Origin: Spirulina sp.
GTDB lineage: Bacteria > Cyanobacteriota > Cyanobacteriia > Phormidesmidales > Phormidesmidaceae
Reading direction: 5' to 3'
Length of the DNA stretch: 64,000 nt
NCBI GenBank assembly: GCA_044070495.1
Contig: JBIPSI010000027.1
Coordinates: forward strand, 1 to 64,000
Part shown: piece after piece, positions 30,043 to 41,374 of the stretch
How the letters are laid out: the number at the start of each line of letters is the position of its first letter
Numbering within the stretch: the stretch's first letter is position 1
Translations under genes and position numbers: made by a program
The notes under the pieces: model-generated
The model's input: the letters and a program-made list of their open reading frames with translations, nothing else
Database searches by the model: none
What the model was told of the DNA's origin: nothing

Positions 30043-31611
30043 ATGACCACCGCCCAGTCCATCCAATCCACCTGCACCAACGCCCAGGCCATCGTTGATC
30101 AAGTCTTGGCCGACTATCACCCTGGCCTCACCCTGCGGGAAACGGGACAGGTGCAGTCCGTCCGTCCCGGCATTGCCCGTGTGACGGGGTTGCCGGGGGT
30201 GCGGGCCGATGAACTAGTAAGTTTTCCCGGTGCGGGGCCAGGGCAACCACCGCTGTTGGGCATTGCCTTTAACTTAGATCCCGACGAGGTGGGGGTAATT
30301 TTGCTGGGCGACAGTCCCGACCTTCAGGCGGGGGATACGGTCTACCGCACCGAGCGGGTGATGGATGTGCCCGTGGGAGATGGGTTGCTGGGGCGGGTGG
30401 TGACGGTGATGGGCGAACCCCTGGATGGTCGAGGGCCGTTGAATTTGGCCGAACGGCGTCCGGTGGAACGGGAGGCTCCGGCGATTCTTGACCGTGCTCC
30501 GGTGACGGTGCCCCTGCAAACTGGGCTGAAGGTGGTGGATGCGCTGATTCCCATTGGTCGGGGCCAGCGGGAGTTGATCATTGGCGACCGTCAAACCGGA
30601 AAAACCGCCATTGCTGTAGATACCATCCTCAACCAAAAGGACACGGGGGTGATCTGCATCTACTGCGCCATTGGCCAGCGATCCGCCGCCATCGCTAAGG
30701 TGATTGCCACTCTGCGAGATCAGGGGGCCATGGACTACACCATCGTCGTCGTTGCCGCCGGACAGGATCCCCTCGGTCTGCAATACATCACCCCCTACGG
30801 AGCCACCACCATGGGGGAATATTTCATGGCCCAGGGCCGCGATGTGCTGGTAATCTACGACGACCTCACCCACCACGCCCGCACCTATCGGGAACTCTCC
30901 CTGCTGCTGCGTCGCCCTCCCGGTCGGGAAGCCTATCCCGGCGACATTTTCTACCTCCACTCCCGCCTGCTGGAACGGGCCACCCACCTCAGCCCAGACC
31001 TGGGCGGCGGATCCCTCACCGCCCTACCGATCATCGAAACCCAGGCCCAAAACCTTTCGGCCTACATTCCCACCAACCTGATCTCCATCACCGATGGCCA
31101 GATTTACCTGTCCCCCGATCTGTTCCAAAAAAGCATTTTCCCCGCCGTGGATGTGGGTAAATCCGTCTCCCGCGTGGGCGGAAAAACCCAACTGCCCGCC
31201 TACCAATCCGTGGCCGGAGACCTGCGCCTCGCCTACGCCCAATTCCAAGAGGTGGAAGTCTTCGCCCGCTTTGGCACCCAGCTCGATGACCAAACCCGCC
31301 GCACCCTAGAACGAGGCCGCCGCATCCGGGCCGTCCTCAAACAGCGCCAGTCCCAACCCCTGGCCGCCGCCGAACAGATTGCCATCCTCTTTGCCGTCAC
31401 CAGCGGCCTCCTCGATGCCGTCCCCCTCGACCAGATCGACGAGGCCCAACAATGCCTTGCCGCCGCCATCGCCCAAGACCTCCCTGAACTTTGGGCCACC
31501 ATCCACCGGGGCCAACCCCTCACCCCCGCCGACCTCAATGCCCTCACCGAGATACTCTCCCAAGCCATTGATCCCCTGATTCCAGCCACCAGTACCGAGT
31601 CTGTTCCCTAG
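30043..31611 (+). CDS. atpA: N-ATPase (alternate F1F0) subunit alpha
   Basis: [20 protein letters not shown] and SVSRVGG motifs. Confidence 0.95.
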   Translation: MTTAQSIQSTCTNAQAIVDQVLADYHPGLTLRETGQVQSVRPGIARVTGLPGVRADELVSFPGAGPGQPPLLGIAFNLDPDEVGVILLGDSPDLQAGDTVYRTERVMDVPVGDGLLGRVVTVMGEPLDGRGPLNLAERRPVEREAPAILDRAPVTVPLQTGLKVVDALIPIGRGQRELIIGDRQTGKTAIAVDTILNQKDTGVICIYCAIGQRSAAIAKVIATLRDQGAMDYTIVVVAAGQDPLGLQYITPYGATTMGEYFMAQGRDVLVIYDDLTHHARTYRELSLLLRRPPGREAYPGDIFYLHSRLLERATHLSPDLGGGSLTALPIIETQAQNLSAYIPTNLISITDGQIYLSPDLFQKSIFPAVDVGKSVSRVGGKTQLPAYQSVAGDLRLAYAQFQEVEVFARFGTQLDDQTRRTLERGRRIRAVLKQRQSQPLAAAEQIAILFAVTSGLLDAVPLDQIDEAQQCLAAAIAQDLPELWATIHRGQPLTPADLNALTEILSQAIDPLIPATSTESVP

Positions 31612-31729
31612 GGCGGCAGGATCTTCCTAAGGCGGCAAGATCCGACACATCAAAGCCCCTGTCCCAAAAAGAACAGGGGCTTAGGCGTTCTACCCGTCGG
31701 GGAGTACAGAAACCGTAGGGATGCTTGAC

Positions 31730-32899
31730 CTAACGGCCAAACCCTTTGCCTCGGCTGACGGTGGGTACGCAGAGGCAGTGATTGAGCTGCTCTCGCAGGG
31801 TGTCGTGGTCGAGGTTTTGGCCGATCAGCACCAGTTGATTTTTGGGTGCGCCTTTCCAATCGTCGTCATCCAAGGAAAAGCGCTTGCCGCTGAGGTGGAA
31901 GATGTGGCGCTTGGGGCTTTCGTCGAACCAGAGGAGGCCCTTGGCCCGGAAGACCGCTTCGGGCAGTTGGTTATCTAAAAAGTACTGAAACTTGCGAATG
32001 GCAAAGGGGCGGTCGCTGGCAAAGGAGAGGGACGTAAACCCATCAATGGCCAGGTGGTCGGAATGGTGGTGCCCGTGGTGATCATGCCCGTGGTGGTCGT
32101 GATCGTCCCCGTGATCATGCTCGCAGTGGCCATGATCGTGGTCGCAATGGCTGTGGTCGTGGTGGTCGTGCCCGTGATCGTGGTCGTGCCCCTGGTGGTC
32201 ATGCCCGTGATCGTGGCCATCGCTGGGGGCAAAGTATTGGTCGGTTTCAAACAGACCCACGCTGAGAATGAGGGGCAGCGGCACCTGGGACTTCACGGTT
32301 CTCAGAATTCGCGCCCCTTCCTTTACATCGCGAATTTTGACTTCTAGCAAATCTAAGTCGGCCTCATCCACGAGGTCGGTCTTGTTCAGCAGAATGATGT
32401 CGCCGTAGGCAATTTGGTTGTGGGCCGCTTGGCTGTTGAACAAATCGAGGCTGTAGTTCTCGGCATCCACTACTGTCACAATGGAATCTAGCCGAGTCAA
32501 GTCCCGCAGTTCCGTCCCCAAAAAGGTGAGGGCAATGGGTAGCGGATCGGCTAGTCCCGTGGTCTCCACCACTAGGTAATCAATCTTGTCCTGGCGTTCT
32601 AGCACCTTATACACCGCCTCCATCAGGTCGTTGTTGATGGTGCAGCAGATGCAGCCGTTGCTGAGTTCCACCATGGTGTCGTCGCCCGTGTCGGCGGTGA
32701 TCAGCAGGTCGTTATCAATGCCGATTTCCCCAAATTCGTTGACCAAAACGGCGGTCTTTAGTCCCTCTTGGTTAGACAGAATGTGGTTGAGCAGGGTGGT
32801 TTTGCCGCTGCCGAGAAAACCAGTGATGATGGTGACGGGTAACCCATGTTTGGTGTCATCCATCGTCGAAGACGACAGGGGAGGAGCAACGGTAGACAT
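31730..32899 (-). CDS. CobW/COG0523 metallochaperone GTPase with His-rich insert
   Basis: GFLGSGKTT, GCICC, ETTGLADP, NKTD motifs and a poly-His/Asp tract. Confidence 0.93.
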   Translation of the reverse strand: MSTVAPPLSSSTMDDTKHGLPVTIITGFLGSGKTTLLNHILSNQEGLKTAVLVNEFGEIGIDNDLLITADTGDDTMVELSNGCICCTINNDLMEAVYKVLERQDKIDYLVVETTGLADPLPIALTFLGTELRDLTRLDSIVTVVDAENYSLDLFNSQAAHNQIAYGDIILLNKTDLVDEADLDLLEVKIRDVKEGARILRTVKSQVPLPLILSVGLFETDQYFAPSDGHDHGHDHQGHDHDHGHDHHDHSHCDHDHGHCEHDHGDDHDHHGHDHHGHHHSDHLAIDGFTSLSFASDRPFAIRKFQYFLDNQLPEAVFRAKGLLWFDESPKRHIFHLSGKRFSLDDDDWKGAPKNQLVLIGQNLDHDTLREQLNHCLCVPTVSRGKGFGR

Positions 32900-33021
32900 G
32901 ACAGATCGCGCAACGGAGAACATTCTCCATACTAGCGATCAATCTCAAGGAATGCGTCCCCTATCGGGATGCACCCTAGGGCAATGCTAGACTGCATGGG
33001 TAAGCCTTGGGCCATGGCACG

Positions 33022-34098
33022 ATGGCACAAACCACCGCCTTGAAAGATTTTCCCCATTCCGTCCCGATCCCTAGTGAGGGCGCAACCCCCACCATTGAGG
33101 TGCACCTCAGCCTTGCGCCGATGATGGATCGCACGGATCGGCACTACCGCTACTTCATGCGGCAGATTAGCCGTCGTACCCTGCTATATACCGAAATGGT
33201 GACGGCCCAGGCGATTCACTACGGAGATCGGGATCATCTGCTGGGCTTTACGCCGGACGAGCGGCCCCTGGTGTTGCAGGTGGGCGGCGACGATCCGGCC
33301 CTTTTGGTAGAAGCCACTAGGGCAGCGGCGGACTTTGGCTACGATGCCATTAACCTGAATGTGGGTTGCCCCAGCGACCGGGTGCAGAGCGGCAACTTTG
33401 GGGCCTGTTTGATGACCCAACCCCAGCGGGTGGCCGAGGCGGTGGCAGCGATGAGGGCCGCGAGTTCCCTACCCGTGAGCGTGAAGCACCGCATTGGAGT
33501 AGACGACCTGGATCGCTACGAGGACATGGTGAATTTTGTGAACACCGTGGCCCAAACGGGCTGTCGGCATTTTACGGTTCATGCCCGCAAGGCGTGGCTC
33601 CAGGGCCTTAGCCCAAAAGATAACCGCACCGTGCCGCCCCTGCGCTACGGGGATGTGTACCGCCTCAAACAAGACTTTCCCCACCTGTGGATTGAAATTA
33701 ACGGCGGCATTGTCACGCTCGATCAGGCTGCTGACCATCTCAAACACGTAGACGCTGTGATGATTGGCCGCGCCGCCTACGACAATCCCTACCTGTTTGC
33801 CGAGGTGGATCGGCGCTTCTTTGGGGCCACGGAAGATCCCCTGACTCGATTTCAGGTGGTCGAAACCCTACTGCCCTACATCGACCACTGGACGAGCCGG
33901 GGGCTGAAACTGAACAAAATCACCCGCCATCTGCTGATGCTCTTTGCCGGACAACCGGGCAGCCGCCACTGGAAGCGCATTCTGACGGAGGAATCCTGCA
34001 AACCCAATGCCGGGGTGGAGGTGGTACAACGCGCCCTCCAGGTGGTTCAGCAGTCAGCCGCCCAGCAGGCCGAAATCGAAGCCCTAAACAAGCCTTAA
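33022..34098 (+). CDS. dusA: tRNA dihydrouridine(20/20a) synthase
   Basis: APMMDRTD, INLNVGCPSDRV and HARKAWLQGLSPK motifs. Confidence 0.95.
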   Translation: MAQTTALKDFPHSVPIPSEGATPTIEVHLSLAPMMDRTDRHYRYFMRQISRRTLLYTEMVTAQAIHYGDRDHLLGFTPDERPLVLQVGGDDPALLVEATRAAADFGYDAINLNVGCPSDRVQSGNFGACLMTQPQRVAEAVAAMRAASSLPVSVKHRIGVDDLDRYEDMVNFVNTVAQTGCRHFTVHARKAWLQGLSPKDNRTVPPLRYGDVYRLKQDFPHLWIEINGGIVTLDQAADHLKHVDAVMIGRAAYDNPYLFAEVDRRFFGATEDPLTRFQVVETLLPYIDHWTSRGLKLNKITRHLLMLFAGQPGSRHWKRILTEESCKPNAGVEVVQRALQVVQQSAAQQAEIEALNKP

Positions 34099-34157
34099 AA
34101 TAGGACTTTTAAGACCTAGCTGCCCAATCTTAGCTTCTCATCCTAGACGCTCCACCT

Positions 34158-34874
34158 ATGACAAAACAAGCAACGGCACCCTACCAGCCCTTTTTGCTGC
34201 GGGTTTTGCACGGCGTTACTGCCCTGTGCCTGATTGCCGCCATCTTCACCGCCTATTGGACCTACGACACCTACGATGGCCGCTGGGGTGGCCCTTCTTT
34301 GCCTAAGTTTCCAGACATTGAGGGCATTCACGGCACCTTTGGGCTGTGGACGCTGCTGATTTTTCCTGCCTTTGTGGTCTATGCCTTCCACCGAGGACAG
34401 CGGCGGCTGATGCAGCCCGACACCCTCGATAAACTCGCCCAGGTCGGCAAACCCGTTTGGTGGTACACCCTCAACCGCATCACCAATACCCTGGCCCTGC
34501 TGGCCCTCACCTTTGCCCTGTTCAGCGGCAAAATGATGGGATCCACTTGGCTGCCCGATGGCGAACTCTACCACGCCTGGTACTACGCCCACCTAATTTC
34601 CTGGGTGGTGATGGTGCTGGCCACGGCCCTTCACCTGTTGATGAGCGCCAGGGTCGGAGGTTCTCCGCTGCTGCTCTCCATGCTGAACTGGCAGTTTCGA
34701 GAAAAAGACAGCCCCGCCCACTGGCCGAATCATCTGTCGCAATGGTGGGCTGCAACGCAGCAGGGAGCCTGGAAAGGCTGGTTTCAGCCGATGACGGCCA
34801 TGATTGCCCTAGAAATCGCCATTTTGGTCAGCATCGTCGCCGCCTGGATTATCCCGCTATTTAAGGTGAAGTAA
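34158..34874 (+). CDS. Cytochrome b/b6 domain membrane protein
   Basis: TM helices carrying His residues (LRVLHG, GIHG, AHL..ALHL). Confidence 0.8.
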   Translation: MTKQATAPYQPFLLRVLHGVTALCLIAAIFTAYWTYDTYDGRWGGPSLPKFPDIEGIHGTFGLWTLLIFPAFVVYAFHRGQRRLMQPDTLDKLAQVGKPVWWYTLNRITNTLALLALTFALFSGKMMGSTWLPDGELYHAWYYAHLISWVVMVLATALHLLMSARVGGSPLLLSMLNWQFREKDSPAHWPNHLSQWWAATQQGAWKGWFQPMTAMIALEIAILVSIVAAWIIPLFKVK

Positions 34875-34969
34875 TCCTGAGTTTGGGTTAAGCCAGCTCT
34901 GACATCAGTCTCTATCGGAGAGGTTTTTAGCGGACTAACTAACATAACGCCGAAAAGCATTGAGATCTC

Positions 34970-35053
34970 GTAGGTTGGGTGGCGCGATAGCAGAACCCAA
35001 CACTCGCCGAGGATTTCGGGCTTGTTGGGTTCCGCTCCTCTGCACCCAACCTA
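34970..35053. repeat. REP doublet (GTAGGTTGGGT..AACCCAAC family)
   Basis: Two inverted REP copies; a single related copy lies at about 46018-46050. Confidence 0.7.
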
Positions 35054-35164
35054 GTTTGGAGATGTGTCAGGCAATCAGGGTTTTTAGTCGGCTTCAGCAG
35101 ACGTTTGCACTGAGCTAGGGAATGCATTCCCCGACGATGGTTGACCTTAGGTGTGGTCAGTCCA

Positions 35165-35857
35165 TTAGACCGATGGGGGAAGGCTTTCGGGGGAAGCGGT
35201 GCCATTACCCAATCGGGCTTTCATAGCCGCTAATTCTTGATCTACGGGGGTTTTCTGGCTCTCTAGAGCGGCAAACTGGCGTTCTAGGGGATCGCCGCTG
35301 AGTTCTTCCATCGCCTCGGAACGGGCTTCTAGATCAAGCACCTGCTGTTCTACTCGGTCGAAGGCCGCCGTGGTGCTGCCGTTGCCGCCGATCATCTCCT
35401 GCAAACGTCGGGATGCCTCGGCGGAACGGGCGCGGGCAATGTAGAGATCCTTTTGGGTTTTGGCCTCGGCAATTTTGGTCTCCAGGCGGTGCATGTTTTC
35501 CTTCATAGAAGTCACCACCTGCCGCTGTTGGCTCAGTTGATTGTCCATCACTAAGGCCGATTCTAGGGCCGTTTGGCGGCGGGTGAGAGCTTGTCGGGCC
35601 GACTCCTCATCGCCCTTTTTCAGGGCTAGTTCGGCCCGGTTGTACCACTCTTGGGCGGTGGTCTTGGCCTGGGCACTCTGCCGTTCCGTGCGCTTTTGGG
35701 TGGCAATGGCCTGGGCTACGGCCTGCCGCAGTTGCAGCAGATTGCTCTCCATTTCCATTAGCGCCTGTTCCAGGATTTTCTCCGGATCCTCGGCTTGATT
35801 CACCAGGCCGTTAAGGTTGGCACGCAGGGCACGAAAGGTACGATCAAACAGCCCCAT
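35165..35857 (-). CDS. pspA: PspA/IM30 family protein
   Basis: MGLFDR..AEDPEKILEQ..LERQFAALE; about 230 aa, lacking an evident long Vipp1 tail. Confidence 0.85.
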   Translation of the reverse strand: MGLFDRTFRALRANLNGLVNQAEDPEKILEQALMEMESNLLQLRQAVAQAIATQKRTERQSAQAKTTAQEWYNRAELALKKGDEESARQALTRRQTALESALVMDNQLSQQRQVVTSMKENMHRLETKIAEAKTQKDLYIARARSAEASRRLQEMIGGNGSTTAAFDRVEQQVLDLEARSEAMEELSGDPLERQFAALESQKTPVDQELAAMKARLGNGTASPESLPPSV

Positions 35858-36054
35858 AGATCTCTCCAGGTCTCCCAAACAAAACGGGTTGCATTGGTGT
35901 CTTGGTTCAGCATAACAGCCTGACCCAGGGTCGGGGGCAGATCCTAGAACCGCTCGATCCTATCGCTATCCAGCGGTAACGCTAACCGGTATTCAGGGAG
36001 ATTCAGTAGATCGCAAAGCCCCCGCAGCCCTCACCCTAAATCCCTCTCCCCAAG

Positions 36055-36223
36055 GGCTACTAAGTACACACAAGTCCCAGATATAGCCCATGCTCTGGAA
36101 AGATCCCCCCTAGCCCCCCTTAAAAAGGGGGGAACCGGAGTCAAAGTCCCCCTTTTTAAGGGGGATTTAGGGGGATCTCCAAGGACTTGCGGGATGAAAG
36201 CAAGATGTGTGTACTTAGTAGCC
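36055..36223. mobile_element. 169-bp MITE nested in a hairpin repeat and carrying another repeat
   Basis: Perfect 18-bp TIR GGCTACTAAGTACACACA with a 5-bp target duplication CCAAG. Confidence 0.85.
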
Positions 36224-36275
36224 CCAAGGGAGAGGGACTTTGAGGATCGTTTGTGATCTACTGAGATTGGATGGC

Positions 36276-37793
36276 CTAGGGCGTGCTGAGAACCTGGGCT
36301 GGAATGCCCTGCTGCTGGAGTTGTTGCACCAGATCGCGGGCCGAGGATTCCTGGGAAAAGGCCCCCATCTGAATTTTGGATCCACCCTGAAAATCGCGCA
36401 CGTAAGCATCGCCCACCACACTACGGGCCGACTCTAGGGACGGGTTGCCCGTGTACTCGGTGACCACGTAGTAATTGGGCCGAGCGGCGGGGGCTAGGGG
36501 GGCCGGGGGCGATACCGAAGGGGTCGGCGTGGGTGCGGTGGTTACGGTGCCGAGGGGCTGGGGTGGTTGAACACTGGCCGGGGGCGGCGCAACCGGAGCC
36601 TGGAGGGCCGGGGGCGGTGCTTGGGGGGGCGCTGGGGGAGCGCTGCGCGGGGCGGAGGGCTGGGGCGCAGCGGGACGGGCCGCACCAGGGGATACCGCAC
36701 TCGGAGCCACCGTGGTGGGGGCCGACCGACTGGGGGTGAGGGGCACCACAGGCTCGGTACGCAGGGTTCCCGCCGGACGCAGAGCCTCCGTTGACCGAGG
36801 CCGATCCTGGGTAGCTGCCTCCCCTGGCTCTGGATCGGCATCGGCACCCCTGGCATCGGTTTCTGCGGGAACCACGGGGGAAACCTGGCCCGTTCTAGAA
36901 GACTCCGCCGGGAGCCGACTGACGCGATCTAGATCGAGGGGGCCAAATTCTTGGCCAGAGAGATCGGGGCCAATGCCCTGAAGCCCCGTGGGCAGAGGGA
37001 TTGGTTCTGATGCGGTGGTTGGATCATCCGTTCCGCCAGCAGAATCACCCATCTCCGACTCTGCATCTCCCTGAAAACGCTGTACCCAGGCATGGTTGCG
37101 GAGGTGATCAATCGCCGTGGGAGAGGTGACTAGGTAGCCAAAGCCCGCACTGCCCACCAGCAGCAGCAACAGCACCCCCATCCCCAGGGGCGTAGAGAGG
37201 CGTTGCGCCAGGGATGGCTCGTAGTGCTCCTCGTCTGAGTAGTACGTGTCTGGGTAGAAGGTGTCTAGATAGTCGTTAGAGTCGGGGTAAGCGGAATTGG
37301 AGGGCGCACTGTTGAGCAGGGCCTCTGTGCTTTCCAGGTAGGCGTCTGGGGTGGCGGCATAGGGCACCAGGGTGTTGCCCAGGAAGAGGTTGGGTTGGCC
37401 TGCTTCAGCGGCGGCGGGCACCTGACCAGGAGGCATGGATCCAGATCCGGCAGGATGGGATTGTCCGTGGCTCACCGCCCCTGGGGTCGCGGTTTGGCCT
37501 GGAGTTTGGCCTGGAGTTTGACGTGAGCCTTGGCCCGAACGACGGGGTGACGCTGGCTGCTGTAGCGTAATCAGATTCAGAGAAGATCGGTTGGCCTTGG
37601 GCCGAAAGGTGAGGGGCCGCTGGGAACGGGGGCGTGGCCCTTGGCCCGTGCGGCTGTGGCGATAGCGCAACAGCTCATCGTCTAGGTCAACCATCAGGCC
37701 AGTCAGGGCGCGATGCAGGATTGGAGCGGGAGCCGCCCCCCCTGGCTGGGAACGGGTAGGATTGGGGTTAGAACCGACCGACGGATGAACCAT
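36276..37793 (-). CDS. Single-TM Pro-rich protein with C-terminal SPOR-like domain
   Basis: LDDELLRYR N-terminal motif, a TM segment, and IQMGAFS..A..LVQQLQQQGI. Confidence 0.75.
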   Translation of the reverse strand: MVHPSVGSNPNPTRSQPGGAAPAPILHRALTGLMVDLDDELLRYRHSRTGQGPRPRSQRPLTFRPKANRSSLNLITLQQPASPRRSGQGSRQTPGQTPGQTATPGAVSHGQSHPAGSGSMPPGQVPAAAEAGQPNLFLGNTLVPYAATPDAYLESTEALLNSAPSNSAYPDSNDYLDTFYPDTYYSDEEHYEPSLAQRLSTPLGMGVLLLLLVGSAGFGYLVTSPTAIDHLRNHAWVQRFQGDAESEMGDSAGGTDDPTTASEPIPLPTGLQGIGPDLSGQEFGPLDLDRVSRLPAESSRTGQVSPVVPAETDARGADADPEPGEAATQDRPRSTEALRPAGTLRTEPVVPLTPSRSAPTTVAPSAVSPGAARPAAPQPSAPRSAPPAPPQAPPPALQAPVAPPPASVQPPQPLGTVTTAPTPTPSVSPPAPLAPAARPNYYVVTEYTGNPSLESARSVVGDAYVRDFQGGSKIQMGAFSQESSARDLVQQLQQQGIPAQVLSTP

Positions 37794-37950
37794 GGTGTGA
37801 CGTGTCCTAGACGACCGAGCAAAGGAACACCCTAATAGTACTGATTTCTTCCCAGTTGACAACGTTAGTTACGGTCTGGTGCCATCCAATGACGGTCTGG
37901 TGACCCCAGGTTATGGTCTAGTTCTCCCTCGGCAACCCCCGGTGTTTTCC

Positions 37951-38577
37951 ATGCCCTTAGATGCCATTGGCCAAGTCTTTCAGCAGCTTGAGCGCCAGCC
38001 CGCCTGGCGTAGTCGGGGGCAGTTTCGACGCATTTTAGAGCACTGGTCAACGGTGGTTGGCCCAGCGGTGGCCCGACAGTCGAGACCCGTGCGGCTAGAT
38101 CAAAAAATTCTGTATGTGGCGGTGATTAACCCCATGTGGGCGCAAACCCTCACCCTAGAACGGCTCACGATTCTTAATAAACTCAATCAGCAGCTAGGGC
38201 TAGATCTCGCTGACCTACGGTTTTCTAGCGGCGATTGGTTCCGTCGCCCTAACCCCAAAGCGCCCCTCACCGAACCCGTGGTTGACAACCTGCCCGACTG
38301 GCTGCGGCAACACCCCAGCTTCGAGCCAGGGGCCATCTCCACCCCACCGCCCGCCGACCATCCCCTCAGCCCCCAAGAAAGCTTTCAACGGTGGGCCGCC
38401 CTAGCCCAGGGCATGGCCGCGAGTCGAATGCTGTGCCCAGACTGCCACTGCCCCACTCCACCGGGCGAGATTCAGCGCTGGTCACGCTGTAGCATCTGTG
38501 CCGCCAAACGCTTCAGCCAAAATGGGCAGGCCCAGGGCCACCGGGAAGCCCTGCCGCCATGGAAGCCCCAATCCTAA
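37951..38577 (+). CDS. dciA: DUF721/DciA family protein with Zn ribbon
   Basis: W..VVG..VA..RP..L.VAV..WAQ.L; CPDC..CSIC. Confidence 0.75.
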   Translation: MPLDAIGQVFQQLERQPAWRSRGQFRRILEHWSTVVGPAVARQSRPVRLDQKILYVAVINPMWAQTLTLERLTILNKLNQQLGLDLADLRFSSGDWFRRPNPKAPLTEPVVDNLPDWLRQHPSFEPGAISTPPPADHPLSPQESFQRWAALAQGMAASRMLCPDCHCPTPPGEIQRWSRCSICAAKRFSQNGQAQGHREALPPWKPQS

Positions 38578-38764
38578 TCTGAATTGCCTGAAATTGCCGA
38601 AACACTGTATCTAGGGTGATCGGATTCTATAGTTATTGGGTACTCGCTAGATGTAGCCCTTCAAATCCGCTACCCTTAGGGTCAGCAAGACTGCTTTAGG
38701 TGCCCTCTGATCTGGAAAACAGGGCGGCAAAGCAGTAAAATAGTACTACTTAAAATTTTCCGCC

Positions 38765-41365
38765 ATGACCTTCGTCGGCCTTCACATCCACAGCGCCTAC
38801 AGCCTGCTCGACGGGGCCAGTCAACTGCCTCAACTGGTAGAACGGGCCAAGGAATTGGGGATGCCCGCCATCGCCCTCACCGACCACGGGGTGATGTATG
38901 GCGCGATTGAACTCATCAAGGTGTGCAAAGGCTCGGATGTGAAGCCGATCATCGGCAACGAGATGTACATCATCAACGGCGACATCACCCAGCAGCAGCG
39001 TCGCCCCCGCTACCACCAGGTGGTTTTGGCGAAGAACACCCAGGGCTATAAGAATCTCGTCAAACTCACGACGATTTCCCACCTCCAGGGCGTCCAGGGT
39101 AAGGGGATTTTTTCGCGCCCCTGCATTAATAAGGAGTTGCTGGAGCAGTACCGGGAGGGGCTGATCGTCACCAGCGCTTGTTTGGGTGGGGAAGTCCCCC
39201 AGGCCATTTTGCAGAAGCGGCCCGATGTGGCGCGGCGGGTGGCCCAGTGGTACAAGGATCTGTTCGGCGAAGATTACTACCTAGAACTCCAGGATCACGG
39301 CTCCCCGGAAGACCGGGTGGTGAATGTGGAAATCCTCAAAATCGCCCGCGAACTCGACATCAAAATCATCTGCACCAACGATTCTCACTACATTTCCTGC
39401 AACGATGTGGAGGCCCACGACGCGCTGCTCTGCATCCAAACGGGCAAGCTGCTGACCGAAGACAAACGCCTGCGCTACAGCGGCACCGAGTACCTGAAAT
39501 CCGCCGACGAAATGCGGCTGCTGTTCCGCGACCACCTGGAACCGGAGGTGATTGAAGAGGCCATCGCCACCACCCTAGAAGTGGCCGACAAGGTGGAGGA
39601 ATACACCGGCATCCTCGGCCAACCCCGCATTCCCGACTTTCCCATTCCGCCCGAATTTAACGACGATGCCGGAGCCTACATGGCCCATGTGGCGCGGGAG
39701 GGGCTGGTCAAACGCATGAAGGCGACCGGCTACGACGAGATTTCCCAAGACTACCGAGATCGCCTCGAATACGAAATCGAGATGATGATTCAGATGGGGT
39801 TCCCCACCTATTTTCTGGTGGTGTGGGACTACATCCGCTTCGCCCGTGATAACAATATTCCCGTCGGCCCAGGGCGCGGTTCGGCGGCGGGTTCCCTGGT
39901 GGCCTACGCCATGGGCATCACCAACATCGACCCCATCCACCACGGACTGCTGTTCGAGCGATTTCTCAACCCCGAACGCAAGTCGATGCCGGATATTGAC
40001 ACCGACTTCTGCATCGACCGCCGCGAGGAAGTGATCCAATACGTCACCCGTCGCTACGGCGAAGAGCGGGTGGCCCAAATCATCACCTTCAACCGCATGA
40101 CCTCGAAGGCGGTGCTGAAGGATGTGGCCCGCGTGCTGGATATTCCCTACGCCGAATCCGACCGGATGGCGAAGCTGATCCCCGTCGCCCGTGGCAAGCC
40201 CACCAAACTGAAGGTGATGATCTCCGACGACACCCCCGCCCCGGAGTTCAAGGACAAGTACGACAACGATCCCCAAACCCGCCGCTGGATCGACATGGCC
40301 CTGCGCATCGAAGGCACCAACAAAACCTTCGGAATGCACGCCGCCGGGGTGGTGATTTCTAAGGATCCCCTAGACGAAATTGTGCCCCTCCAGCGCAACA
40401 ACGATGGCCAGGTGATCACCCAATACTACATGGAAGATGTGGAAGCCCTGGGCCTCCTAAAAATGGACTTTTTGGGTTTGCGAAACCTCACCATGATCCA
40501 AAAAACCTTGGATCTAATTGAGTCTACCCACGGCATCAAAATCGACCCCGATGATTTGCCCATGGACGATCCCGCCACCTTTAAGCTATTAGAAAAAGGC
40601 GACCTCGGTGGTGTCTTCCAGCTCGAATCTTCTGGGATGCGTCAAATCGTCCGCGACCTCAAACCTTCCGGTCTAGAGGATATTTCTTCAGTCCTCGCCC
40701 TCTACCGTCCCGGCCCACTAGATGCCGGACTGATCCCCAAATTCATCAACCGCAAACACGGGCGCGAAAAAATCGACTTCGCCGACGAAATCCTTAAGCC
40801 CATCCTCAGCGAAACCTACGGCATCATGGTCTACCAAGAGCAGATCATGAAAATTGCCCAGGATATGGGCGGCTACTCCCTCGGCCAAGCCGACCTGCTG
40901 CGGCGGGCCATGGGTAAAAAGAAAATGTCCGAAATGCTCAAGCACCAGGAAAACTTCGTCGGCGGTGCGATGCAGAAGGGCGTCGCCAAAAAGGTGGCCG
41001 AAGAACTCTGGGATCAAATGGTGAAGTTCGCCGAATACTGCCTCAGCGCCGACACCGAACTGCTGACCCTGGAATACGGCCCCCTCACCATCGGTGAAAT
41101 CGTCGCCAAACGTATCCCCTGTCAGGTCTTCAGCGTCGATGAGCAGGGTTTTGTCTACACCCAACCCATCGCCCAATGGCACAATCGTGGCCAGCAAGAG
41201 GTTTTTGAATACCACCTCGACGACGGCACCACCATCCGCGCCACCGCCGACCACCAATTTATGACCACCACCGGGGAAATGCTGCCCATCGACGAAATCT
41301 TTGAGCGTGGGCTAGAGTTGAAGCAGGTTGAAGCGCCCTGGCCCAAGGTGCTGCGATGTGCGTGA
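38765..41365 (+). CDS. dnaE-N: DNA polymerase III alpha N-terminal half with split intein N-fragment
   Basis: PHP domain, GRGSAAGS and PDIDTDF motifs; junction [12 protein letters not shown]; intein block B TADHQF. Confidence 0.97.
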   Translation: MTFVGLHIHSAYSLLDGASQLPQLVERAKELGMPAIALTDHGVMYGAIELIKVCKGSDVKPIIGNEMYIINGDITQQQRRPRYHQVVLAKNTQGYKNLVKLTTISHLQGVQGKGIFSRPCINKELLEQYREGLIVTSACLGGEVPQAILQKRPDVARRVAQWYKDLFGEDYYLELQDHGSPEDRVVNVEILKIARELDIKIICTNDSHYISCNDVEAHDALLCIQTGKLLTEDKRLRYSGTEYLKSADEMRLLFRDHLEPEVIEEAIATTLEVADKVEEYTGILGQPRIPDFPIPPEFNDDAGAYMAHVAREGLVKRMKATGYDEISQDYRDRLEYEIEMMIQMGFPTYFLVVWDYIRFARDNNIPVGPGRGSAAGSLVAYAMGITNIDPIHHGLLFERFLNPERKSMPDIDTDFCIDRREEVIQYVTRRYGEERVAQIITFNRMTSKAVLKDVARVLDIPYAESDRMAKLIPVARGKPTKLKVMISDDTPAPEFKDKYDNDPQTRRWIDMALRIEGTNKTFGMHAAGVVISKDPLDEIVPLQRNNDGQVITQYYMEDVEALGLLKMDFLGLRNLTMIQKTLDLIESTHGIKIDPDDLPMDDPATFKLLEKGDLGGVFQLESSGMRQIVRDLKPSGLEDISSVLALYRPGPLDAGLIPKFINRKHGREKIDFADEILKPILSETYGIMVYQEQIMKIAQDMGGYSLGQADLLRRAMGKKKMSEMLKHQENFVGGAMQKGVAKKVAEELWDQMVKFAEYCLSADTELLTLEYGPLTIGEIVAKRIPCQVFSVDEQGFVYTQPIAQWHNRGQQEVFEYHLDDGTTIRATADHQFMTTTGEMLPIDEIFERGLELKQVEAPWPKVLRCA

Positions 41366-41374
41366 GGCCATGTT

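Noticed and set aside
32060..32220. Repetitive DNA in the CobW gene
   Set aside because: It encodes the usual His-rich metal-binding insert of COG0523 proteins.
41039..41365. Truncated dnaE or novel intein
   Set aside because: The split DnaE intein is standard in cyanobacteria; dnaE-C is expected elsewhere.
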